64,000 nucleotides of DNA. It comes from Psammoneis japonica (Eukaryota). The DNA is taken from NCBI GenBank assembly GCA_008632985.1, contig QPGO01000029.1:124001-188000 (forward strand), given 5' to 3'. The translations under genes were made by a program, and so were the position numbers. Below the pieces are notes generated by a model that saw only the letters and a list, made by a program, of their open reading frames with translations, searched no databases and was not told where the DNA came from. Below are positions 36,850-48,530 of the stretch, piece by piece (position 1 is the stretch's first letter; each line of letters opens with the position of its first letter).

Positions 36850-38963
36850 GCTCACAAGAGCAAATGGTCTGCGCAAGCAAGGACGCTTGCCCTCACTCTT
36901 GCCATGTGTGCAGCAACTGACAAAGAAATGGAACTTGGTGGCCAGGGGCCAAAGAAGCCAAAGGCAGGTGCATGTGGGTGCTGAAGCACTGCCCAGATGC
37001 AAAAGTCTCTGCTGGGAAAGAGCCATTGAGTGCACAATCCTTGCACCACAAGTGCACATTGAGGCTGCAAGCTGCAGCAGCAGTTGCTTTTGTGAAAAGA
37101 CGGTCTCTGTGAAGCTTGGGATCAAGTGCTCCATTGACACACAAGCTGTCTCATCATGTGCTCGGGTGAGGATGATCCAAAGCATCATTTGGACAGCTGC
37201 AGGTGTCAAGAACAAGGCAGCAAAGTGAGCACGTGGGACAACTGCCAACTCCTTGCTGCTGCAAGGAGCAATTCTTTGAGAAGAGGGTCGTGGCACCAAA
37301 GATCAGCTGGAGCAGCACCTTTTGGGCAAAAATTGTCTCAAAAAGACAGTCAACACAGCCATTGTCAAGCCCATTGTCAGGCAACTGTGCTTGGCTGACT
37401 GGAAGATGAGAACAGGGTGGGACAAATGGAGCAGCACATGAAGAGTTCACCAGAAAGGAGCTGTCATCACCTCAACACCCAAGTGAGAGGTTGGTGCAGC
37501 AAGCCAGCCAAGGTGGGCAAAACATTTTTGAGAGATCCCCTTTCAGAGTGTGTGTGTGGGGGGGGGGGGGGAATCCAAGAAGCAGTGCTCAAGACACATG
37601 GTGCCCTGAAAAGTTCAAGCAGTGCTGGGGTTGTTAATCTGGTCTTGCTGAGTGGTGGGAGTCTCCTCTGCAACTGGCAAGGAAGATTGTTTGGAACACT
37701 TGGATCAGCCAAACACTCTGGATGACAAAAAGGAAATTGGTTGTGGCCATGAAGAGCATGTGCCTCCTCCTTTGGAACATTTCCTGCCAATGATGGAGAG
37801 CACCTCCTGCTGTTGACACCAGCCCAGGATGCAAAGCAAGCTGCCGGTCATTCAATCTTTGCACTTGAAGCTGCTGATGAGCTTGTTGCAGCTCGGTCCA
37901 TTTCAGGCAGTGTGGAGCAAATCATCTTGCTGATGCATGCAGTGGTGGATGAAGAAGAAACTCTGACAAGAGCACCGCCAGGTGGTGCTCTCCATTTCAT
38001 GAGACAGCTCAGCAAAACTCAATCTTCATCTGTGCTGGCTGCAACAACAAAGAAGAAGTTGCTGCACAGTGCACTGATGAGAGACGGGAAGTCATGAGAG
38101 CAAGCAGTTGGCAACAGCTTCAGCTGTGTTGCTGAACAAGTTTGGAGAACTGTGCCATGTCTCAAGGTTGTTTGCACCAGTTGAGTCAAAGTCACAATCA
38201 AGCTTTTTCAACACCACAAGGTTGACTCAAAAACTCAGAAGTCTTGCTGCTTGACTTGCAGACCAAAGAGGAGCCAGCCCTGGTCAAGTGCTTGAAGCTT
38301 TGTCAAGAAAGGCCAAGCCATCAGAACCATGAGGTGTGTTGTTCTCTGTGCTCTTGTTCTGGGTGCATGTTGACAAGCCAAGAAAGACCAACAAAGAGAC
38401 AAGGGCAGATGGGTCATCATTTCAAAGCCACAATGGGGCATCATTGGTCAAGTGTCCAATCATGGCCAGCATGCTTGGCTTCAGCTCTTTTGAGTTGCCA
38501 CCACAGGCAAAGTTGGTGTGCATCAGAGAAATCCACCAACCCCCAGGTTCCCAAAGATGCATCATTGCAAGACACACTTCTTTGGCTGACACAAAATGTG
38601 GGCCACACTGAAGAACAATCCATGGAAGCTTGAAATGTGCTGGCTGAGAGAATGCCCCCCTTTTGGTGTTGCACTTGTTGTGCAGCACATTGTGATGAGA
38701 GACAACTTGCTTGGAAAGCCACACACAAAAAGGGCTGAAAAGCCATCATCATGATTCATGGCATGTTTGGTGGACTTGGACCCAGTCACCTCTTGCACAT
38801 GATGCTGCCAGCTCTTTCTTTTGCAAGCTGCTCGGGGTGCTGCTCAGTGAAAGATTCATTCAGACAGCCACTCTTTGAGTGCAAGAGAAACATTTCAAAT
38901 GATGTGTGAGATTTAGAGTTGAGGCTTTGTGAAGGTTCTGTCTCTCAGCTGGCAAGGGCCAAC
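36850..38963. mobile_element. Unidentified degenerate TpA-depleted repeat-derived sequence
   Basis: Compositional continuity with the copia element to the right; no assignable motif. Confidence 0.45.
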
Positions 38964-39387
38964 TGTTGGAACATCTAGAAGATGGGCAATTCCAGGAGCC
39001 CAGACATGTTGAAGAGAAAATGTTGTTGCTCCTGACATGGAGGATTCAGCGACTCTTTGTGATTGAAATTTCATCATCATTGATCTCTCTTGCCTTTCTG
39101 TTTGTCTCACTCTTTGGAGCAAATCATTTGGTTTGTTTGGTTTGCATGATTTTGTTGCATTGGTGGTGCCACTGGGTGTCTGTCATGTTGCAGGTGTGAA
39201 GTTTGCACTGACAACTTCTGGGCAACACACAGCTGCTGCAAGCAGCCAAAGCAAGAATGACAAGCAGCACAGGAAGTCTCACAGGATTCCCTTTTGGTGA
39301 CATTAACTTGCTGGCTCAATGTTGACTCCAAAGAGTGAGAAGCACTGCATTTGGTGCTTGACAACACTGTTCTAACTGCAGTCAACA
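38964..39387 (+). repeat. Putative 5' LTR (right boundary approximate)
   Basis: Starts TGTTGGA; first ~310 bp align by eye to 48227-48530; candidate end ...gtcaaca. Confidence 0.65.
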
Positions 39388-40399
39388 GATTGCAGAGTGC
39401 CTGCACAATGAGAGGCAGAGGAAGTGGCAGATCTGACAACCAAGGCTGAGGATGCAGTCACAGAAGAGGTGACAAGAGTTCTGGGTTCTCTGGTCTGAAG
39501 AAGAGGACCATTGCTGAGAAGCACTTTCAGCCTGAGATGAAGTTCCATCCTTCATCACTGAACAGCAACTCTTGCAAGAATGCAACATGCAAAGACATCA
39601 AGGAGAAGATCACACAACACACACAGAAAGAGGGTGCTCAAGATGTGCATTTGAAAAGATCCACAGAAGACATGAAATGCAATGTCTTCAGTTCTGAGAA
39701 GCCAAAGTCAGGTGCAGCCACAATGACCTTGCAAAGCAAGGGAGATGGAAACTGTCAGTTAGAGCTGGAAAAGAGATGACAAGAGGAAAAAAAGCTGGAG
39801 CACCAGTGCAAGGGGAGCTTCATGAGCACACAATGACAAAGTGAGGCAGTTCAAAGAGAACAAGGCTGCTGCATGCACCAAGATCCCAGACATTTGCTGC
39901 ACCAAGCTGACAAAGAAGAGGGAGTGCAAGGCAATCTCACTTGTGCAAGCATTGGCGACAATCTGATCAAGCCACTGAAGCTGCTGATCCAGTCACTTGC
40001 ACTTGACACCCATCACACACACTTGCCAAGTCTCTGCAAAATGGGCTGGATGAAAACAGCAAGAAAATGAGTTGCTGAACAACTGCCTGTCAAGATTCAA
40101 GAATCAACAAGATGTTGCAAGTGAAGGTCTTTTGGGAACAAGATGCCAGATGGATTCATTTCCCACACCAAGGAGCACAAGAACAGCATTGTGGTGAAGA
40201 AGCAAGTGCTGAAAAATGCAGTGTTTGAGAAATGGACAACATTCCTTGTTCACAAAGAACAGCAACCCTTGACAAAACAGTGGATGCTGAGTCATCTGAA
40301 AGACAACATCCCTCATGAGGGACATGACAAGAGGAACAACAACAGCAATGATGAGAACAAAAACAAGAGGTCCAACCATGCAAAGGACTGGATCTGCAC

Positions 40400-43130
40400 C
40401 CAAAAGGGCAATCAGAGTGACACCACAGTTTGTGCTGCTGTTGCAGTGAACTGAGTCACAAGTCCCCAGACTGCAAGCTTCAAAATGACATTGCATCTGA
40501 CAACTGATTTAAGAATGTTGAGTCCAGCCTCAAGTTTGTGCTGCTGAACTGCACAGCCCTGGTCAATGTTGAAAGTTTTACACAAATGGCAACCACCTTG
40601 CCTGCAGGAGGTTCCATCATCATTGCTGGTTTGACCATGCTTTTTTGCATCTAGGGCAAAATTTGGAAAGACAAAGGATGGAAATGCTGCGCAAGCAGAT
40701 GTTGACATTTCTTGTTGCACACAAGAGGCTGCTCCCACATTGTGTTTGTGGCTTTGCAAGCACACAGAACAGGTGTTGCAAGGGTTCAAGGATGAACACA
40801 TTGGGGTGGAAAATGTGGGCCGCTGCTTCCAAAACTGCACCCGCCAGGTTGAACACCATTTTGCACCCCTCCTGAGAAAGAAAGTGAGGAGCATTCTCAT
40901 GAACAAGCATTTGAGTTTAGCCAGCAAATGAACAGGAGTCACTTCCCCATGCATTGGCAGCACCACAATTTGGAGACTTTGGAGTGTGGCATTGAAGAAA
41001 CACTTCCTGGTGGCAGCCCGCCATTTGGCCATTACCTCGACATTTTTGAGCTGACATGCTTTGATCTGGTGGCAGCCAAAGTTCTCTGCAAGGATGCCAA
41101 AGAACTCTTGAATGATTTTGATGCAAAAATTTGCAAAGTTTCCTGGGGTGGCCAGAGATTCTCCATCCCAGATTCTCACAACACCTTCCATGGGTGCTCG
41201 ATGCTAGAGAACCCCAGCGGCAGCTTCAAGAAAATTGTTTGGAACTCATCGTAGATGCCCATGCTCGGATGGATGGATGGATGGCGCCGTGATGATCGAG
41301 ATTTTCCTTGTTTCTCAGAGTTGTGGCGTTCACGTCATTGACGCTCCGCCCGATTTGCTGATTGGTGGATCTGATTCGTTGGACATGCCAGACGACTTTC
41401 AACAATGGCTGGAAGGATCTGAGAAACAAGTGAAGATGGAGAAAAGGTTCCAGGACGCCACAGTGTGCTGTTTGTGCTTTCTCCGGCCTCTCAAGATCCC
41501 AGACAAGAAGCTGGATGAAATGAGCCGCATTCCTGTCGGCTGATTTATGATGCAGCAACTGCAAAAGCATCCTTTCAAATGCTCTCAATTTGATGAATGC
41601 CGAGCTTACACACAGCTGTCGTTTGGTCCTCGTCAACAGCTGGAGAGGCCGCATTCTTGACTCTGCTCTGGAACTGCATGCACTTGAGCGCAGGTGTGGA
41701 CGCGTTGTGCAGCTGCAACAGAAGAAGTGGTGCACGCGGCAATGCCCGTGGGCTTTTTCCTTTTGGTCCCAACATTCTGCGACGAGGTGGGATGAAAGAA
41801 TCCCACATCCCACGCATCACTTGAGCAACAGGGAAAACACCAAGTGCAGGGAGCCCCGAAGTGCCCCTCATCTCAACCATGGATGCTGCAGCTAAAACAA
41901 GAAGGTGAAAGTGTCATGACCGGGGCTGTCAATTTAAGTGCTCGCAGCAGGTTCGACAGAGCTGCAAGTGGTCGACATGTGCGAAATCAGCAGCTGCACA
42001 AGTGAAATCACTTGCAGCCAGCACGTTTCTTGCAATTGAGACAACCCTGCTCATGGCACTTTTGTTGACTCCAATGTTTGCCCTTCATGTGCTGCAGACC
42101 GCCCATGCCTCGAATGGGATCCTTGGCGCAATTGCAACATGACAACCAGTCAATGTCTGCGGAATCCCAAATGTCGCCCACGCAGCAAGCCTGTCCTTCC
42201 GTTTTCCTTTGTTCCTCTTGCAGCATTTGCATGGTTGGAGGCCAGGCAGTTTGGCCCATCCAATGCGACGTGTCCACGGGTGCGCAACAAAAATGGCAAG
42301 ACATTGTTGTTTCGACCTGGGCTCTGACGGATGTTCTCAAGCAACAACTTTCTCTTGTCCTCTGACAGCAAGCGAAATGTTTGTCGCTGGTTGTGTGACG
42401 GAGCATGTGTGAGCCCATCATGCTCATCGGCTGTCGCAACTTGCATGCCGCCTGCAGAGGCGGGGCCTCAGTTCTTCATTTTCATTGGCTGCTGAAAAAT
42501 TCGGCGCGGCACAGCAGAGCTGTAGATCCCTCAACCTCTCGTTGTGGATGAAGTTTGTGTTTTTGTGATTTGAACTTTTGCAATTTGAAATCGATCGGAA
42601 GGATCTCTCGATCTCAACCTTTTTGCCACCAATCCTCGATCTGACATCTGACAGCATCTTCCTCTTGTTTTTCCTGCTCTCGCTCTCCACGCCACCATCA
42701 TGACAAGTTCTTTCCAGTCATCCAACTGGTCTCGCATTGCAGCACAAACAGCCTTGTTGCTGTCTTGTTTGTTGTCATTGGCAATGTGCCCACATTCCAA
42801 AGTGGAAGAATCCTTTCTGTTCCAAGCATTGCATGACTTTGTTTTGACTTGCTGCATTTTTTTGGCATTTCCCAGTTCACCCGCACGCTGTGCGGCAGGC
42901 AGAACCCAGCGCCATCGCCCATCCAACGCAACAACTCGGTCGTCGTCGCATCCATCGTGGCGTCCCTTGGGAGGTTCCCCCGTCAACCTTCCACTGCTTG
43001 TGCACGAGTCGTCACACACAAAAACGACATGTCAACACCTTGTCAGTGGACAGCAACAGTGCCCATGTGTCGACGCCACCAGATCCAATTGATCAGCACG
43101 TTCCAGCTGAAGCAGGAGTGCTGCATGGCA
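40400..43130. mobile_element. Unidentified insertion between gag and pol; much of it CpG-retaining but TpA-depleted
   Basis: Interrupts the copia polyprotein order; abrupt rise in CpG from ~41200 to ~43100. Boundaries approximate. Confidence 0.5.
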
Positions 43131-43139
43131 TGGATTGCA

Positions 43140-46100
43140 ACTGGCAAATGAAAGGTCAGAGATGATGAGCATGAACCAAGCCAAAAAAAAAGACACTGGC
43201 GTGGTGGATGAGATCAACCTTGACATTGGCTCTGCCCCCAGCATGGCAGCAAGCCAGACATGTGTGCACAATGTGCGGCCAGCAAAAATCAAGATTAATC
43301 TGTTCACAAACACAGGAATGGTTGTCCCAGATGAAGACCGCACCACATGCCTGAATGGGAAGGATGTGAAGCTTGGATTGCAAAATGTGACAGCAAACAT
43401 CCTCAGTTTCAAGGACATGAAGAGCAAGTGCAGTGTCACATGCGACAACTGGGCAGCGGATGAGCAAACAAGCTGTGGTGTTCAAAGTCAACAACACATT
43501 GGCGCCAAGCCAGAAGTTCTCTGACATGCAAAAGATCTCAAAGAAAGAAGCAAGTCATGTGCTGGCATGCTGTCAAAGAAGAAGGGGGGGGGGGGGGGGG
43601 GGGGAGGAGGTGGTGGTGAGTGCTGCTGAGCAAGTGCTCAGATTGCACCATGAAGCTGGAATTCCCAGAGTGAGAGATTTCAAGCTGTTTTTACAATTAA
43701 ACCAGGTGATGAAGAACTTGTCCATCTTGCCTGAAAATGTGAACAGGATGGTGGCCATGTTTGGGGAACATCTGCAGATGTGCTGAAAAAGGGAAGTTCA
43801 AATGTGCACGTTGGTCCCATCAGAGAAATGACATTGTTGCTGTTCCACCCAAGACACACAAGAAACAGAAAGAAGGTGTGATCCTCTGCATTGATGCTGC
43901 AGAAGCATGCAGAGTGAAGATGCTGTGTGCAATTGACAAGATGATCAAGTGTCAGTCAAGTGTGAGATTGCAATCCAAGAAGCACATTGACACACACAAT
44001 GCATTGGACATGACACTGTGCCAGTGCAACACAGCTTTGTTGAACAATGACTTCATTGAGTGTGAGGATCCCCAGTTCAAAAACATGTTGGTGGAAGTCA
44101 CAGATGGCATGAACCCAGAGCCAACATTTGCAAACAATGGCAACCATGTTTTCTGTGAAGTTGGGTGTGGAGCATTGAGACCATCAAGGAGCAAGCTCAC
44201 GTCCATGCACACCACCTGTGCCACACAAAATGACACCCAAGTTGATGTGCAAGCATGCCATGATCAAGAACACTGTGATGGCAAACATGTGCCCACAGCA
44301 GGAAAGAATTTCTGACATGTGCAGTCCATGACACACTGCTGTGCAACAAAAAAACCTTGACTGTGACAAGCACTTTGTGCTCACCTTTGGCTCATTTGTC
44401 CCATCTCACATTGAAAACAACCCAACAAACACCATGGACACACATGGGGCATTGACAGCACATGCCTGCAACCATGTTTTGACATTCCCAAGGTGGTCAC
44501 TGCACTGTGAACCTGCATGCATGGAAGCTGTTGAACCCCTGCAAGTGTGCTGCCTGTGCCCCTGACCAACACACATGCACCAAAGCAGTTGAGAAGACAG
44601 CCTCAGCACAAGGCATCAAAGGCTTTGAATTTGTGGGCAAGTGTGGAGACAACCTGCGCGAGGCAGGTTGGATGGCAGGAGTTGACAATGACGACAGCAA
44701 CAGCAACAGCAAAGACAAAAGCAAGGATGAAAACAAAAATGAGCACAACAATTAAGAATGGAAGGGCTGTGAAGACAAACCTGACCCAGATGATGAACAT
44801 GAAAAAGCCAATGAGATCTGGCAGGCACAAGATCCAGCCCCAATGAACAGCACAATGACCATGAAGATGATGAACAAGAAGACTGCAAACAAGACAAAGA
44901 GTCAGAAGAAGGCAAAGTGTCCACAGATGAGAAAAGCAGAGAAGCAAAACTGACAGATGAGGTGGGAAAGATGCCAGGCACAGTGACAAAGAGTGGCGCA
45001 AGGTTCAGTGCATCCCACAATGCAGGGTCACATGAGCACAGAAAAAAGAAAGTTCAGTTTGCAATGAGAGCGGCAGAGATGAAGAAGTGGAGCAAGAGCA
45101 GAACAAGCTCAAGCACTGCCATTGCTTGAGAACAAACATTGGCCCCAATCCAGAAACTGACGTTGAACATCACACAGAAACAGGAACGGTGCTGGCACAA
45201 TTCATGTGTGAGATCAATGACCAACTCTGATCAGGAAAGGGCACTTCCTTTGCCCAATGGCATTTGCTGCATGAAGGCCTGAAGCATTCAGCCAGAGGGG
45301 GCATGGTGCCTTGCCAGAGAAGGAGATGAAACAGTTCCATGACAGAGCATGCTTTGTGCCAATGTCAATCAAAGACATGACTCTGGTTGAGAGGACCAAG
45401 GCCATGGTTGTTCTGACATTTCCAACAGAGAAGCAAGACAGTCACCTGAGAGGGCAAATGGTCTGCAATGGAAAACCAAACAAAGAATGACTGGACAAGG
45501 ACAAATCAGCTGGCCCGACAGCATCATTGGAAGGAATGCTGATCACAGCTTTTGTTGATGCCAAAGAGTGTGACGTGATGAGAGCCAATGTGCCAAATGT
45601 GCTCACATGCAGACATGGAGCCAAAGGAAGGCAAAGACCAGCTCATGATGAAGATTGCAGGAGTGTTGGTCGACGTGCTTGTGAGCATGATCCCAACCTG
45701 TGGCACGGTCATGGAGAAGGAGAAGAGAAGTCTCCATGTCCAAAGCTGTGCAAGGCACACCAAACATGGCTCCACTGTTGTGTGAGCATGTTTCACAAGG
45801 ACTTGGAGAAGATTGGGTTTAAGCTTGACCCATGTGATCTGTGCATTGCCAGTCAGTCAGGAGTGTCAATGGCAAGCAGCACACTGTTTGTTTCCATGCA
45901 GATGATCTGTTGTCAAGCCACAAAAAACAAAAATCAAACAACAAATTTTTGAGTTGGCTGAACAAGATGCATGGAAGCCACATGGTGAAGTTGCACAGCA
46001 ACATGAGAGAAGAAGCATGGCTGCCTCAGCATGACCCTGGACTTCAGCCACAAGAGCAAGGTGAAGGTTGACATGACTGAGTGCACTCACAAGATGTTTC

Positions 46101-46860
46101 ATCAGTTTCTGGACAAGATCAAGAGCACAGACACTGCCATGGCACCATCAGGGAAAACCTGTTTGATGCTGGTGGTGCCAGATTGCCAGCCAAGAAAGCA
46201 AAGACATTCCATGCAGCATGGGTGGCCAAGGGACTGTTTGCATCCAAGAAAGGCCACTTGGATGAGCACCCCACCATTGCAGAGTTGTGTGTGCAAGTCA
46301 GGCAGGCAGACAACAAGGATTGGGGAAAGCCACTCTGTTGTCTCAACTTTTTGAGCTGGACACAAAACAAAGTTGCTGCATTGAGCACAAAGGACCTCCA
46401 AGTTGTCAAATGGCATGTGGATGCATGATTTGCAGTGCACCCAGATTTCAAGAGCCACACGACAGGATTTGTGACTGTGGGCAATGGAGCAGCAAGCAAG
46501 CTGTGTTCAAGCAACAAAAGCTCAACACCCAAAGCAGCACCAAAGCTGAGCCAGTGATGACACAATGACCACCATGGCATTGCAGATGAAGTTGTTTATG
46601 GAGCACCAAGGCCATCCAAATGACAAGAACATCCAGCATCAGGACAACAAGAGCACCATGCTGTTGGTGACCAGTGGGCACAGGAGGGCGGAAAACACTC
46701 CAGAGCACTTGATGCTCAGCATTTTTTCATTGCTGATCAGATCAAGAAGGCAATCTTAGAGTGCAGTGTTGTCTCTCTGATGAAATGCTCAGAGACTTCA
46801 TGATTGAGCCACTGCAGGGCAAGAAATGTCAAAAATTCAAATGAGCTGTTTTGTGGGGTG
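43140..46860 (+). pseudogene. Copia pol pseudogene (protease end, integrase, RT, RNase H)
   Basis: ANILSFKDMKSKCSVTCD, LHHEAGIPRVRDFK, FGSFV..H.ENNPTNTM, EMKQFHDRACFVP, TEKQD, VCNGKP, PTASLEG, GFKLDPCDLC, GKQHTVCFHADDL, KWHVDA*FAVHPDFKSHT, QGHP...HQDNKS. Confidence 0.9.
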
Positions 46861-46885
46861 TCAACTTCAAGTGTGACAGGAGTGT

Positions 46886-48218
46886 TTCCTGTTTCTGACT
46901 GACAAGAATTCTGATGCATGTGGATGAAAGAACCCTGCAACCCCCAGAAGATGTGGCGAACCACATGTTTTTTTAGAGCAAGCATGATGTTGATGACCAT
47001 GATTGCTGGCTGTGTGCAAGGGAGCTGCCAGGGCACATCAACAAAATCCTTGAGCCAAATGATGCAATTGATGGCCATGACATTGTTGGGATGTGGAGTT
47101 TAAAAGTCAGATGGATTGCCGGACAAGAAGAGGAAGAAATTCCAGGAAGATGACTGCTGTCAAAAGGCACTGGAAGAATGTGACAAGTGGATGAAGTGTG
47201 GACACTCCTGACTGCCTCAAGACCCACCACGTTTTCACAAAGAAGCAACCAATGTGGGTCTTTTGATGATTGAGTTCAACAAGGACACGAGGATGCCCAC
47301 CTGGAGCATTCTCAGTGCATGAATGGTGGAACAAAACAAGAAGAAATTTGTGGAAATGTGGCATGAGCTGTGGACAGCAAGAAGGCACAATCTCATGTGA
47401 GATGTGCATGCTCAAATGGACAGGGTGGCCTGACAAAGTGTGTCGGTGCATGTCCGCTGCCACATGCTGATGATCTCCCTGTTTGACATTGCAGGAAATC
47501 ACACAAGTGCCAACAAGGGAGGGAAGCACACAAGACCAAAGAATGTTGGCAATTGTTGAAGGCCAAGCCTGGGTGCAAGACAAGGGACAGCACCACAAGG
47601 AATTGCATCATGACAAGCATTCCAACAAGTGTGGAAGAAACAACAATCATGGGATCAAGAGGCAATGAATTTTTAGACAAGCATGGTGTCAACCATCTGA
47701 GTGGACTGTCATCAGTGGGTTGTTCCACCTGTGGCATGGGCTTCTGTGGGGGACATGTGGCCTCTCTTGTGGAGTGTGGCACCAACTGACCCAGAGAGAG
47801 CAAAATGTGGTGATTTGGATTGGTGGTGTGAGGCAACAATGGTGTCATGCATGATGCTTTGAAGTTGGCATGATTCTTCCAACATGACATTGTTGAAGCA
47901 AAGCCTGAAGCACAGTGGGCCTGTCATGACATGGAGCTCTTTTAGCCATGCTCATGGACAATCATGATTGGGTCATGCACCCAATCAGCCAAACAGCAAG
48001 GCTGCAATGGAAAGGACTCATCACACTCATGTGAAACATTCAGTGGATCAAGCAAGCAAGATCACAAATGCATTTGATCATCTGCTTGATTTCCATTGTT
48101 GCAAACCAGGACAGTCACTCACTGTCTGTGATCTTGTGGCAGACACACCAGAAGAAAGTGCCAAGCTGGCATGCTTTGACAAAGTTGGGCAGTGGCAGAA
48201 AGTTGATGTGAGCTGCAG
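46886..48218. mobile_element. Nested ~1.3-kb insertion at the PPT/3' LTR junction
   Basis: Flanked by near-identical 9-mers caggagtgt (46877-46885) and caagagtgt (48219-48227). Confidence 0.5.
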
Positions 48219-48226
48219 CAAGAGTG

Positions 48227-48530
48227 TGTTGGAACAAACAGAAGATGGGAAATTTTAAGAACCCAGAAGTGTCAAAGAGAAGACAGCGTTGCTCCTGATG
48301 TGGAGGATTGGGCAGCTGCTTGCATTTGAAACTTCATTGTCGCCAATCTCTCTTGCGCCTTTCTGTTCATCTCATTCTCAAGCTTTGGAGTGAATCATTT
48401 GTTTTTGCCATTTTTTTGCACTGGTGCCACTGGGTGTCTGTGGCATTGCAAGTTTGTGTCAACAACTTCCAGGCAACCCAAACAGCCAATGCAAGCAGCC
48501 AAGACAAGCATGACAAACAGCAAAGAAAGC
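48227..48530 (+). repeat. Putative 3' LTR (apparently truncated)
   Basis: tgttggaaca...gaagatggg...gttgctcctga...tggaggatt...ggtgccactgggtgtctgt...acaacttc...gcaagcagccaa shared with 38964-39275. Confidence 0.75.

Larger units (their letters stand above)
38964..48530 (+). mobile_element. Decayed CoDi-type Ty1/copia LTR retrotransposon with two nested insertions
   Basis: Direct repeats beginning TGTTGGAACA at 38964 and 48227; gag-like ~39570-40400; pol remnants 43140-46860; PPT-like gacaggagtg at 46875-46884. Confidence 0.85.
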
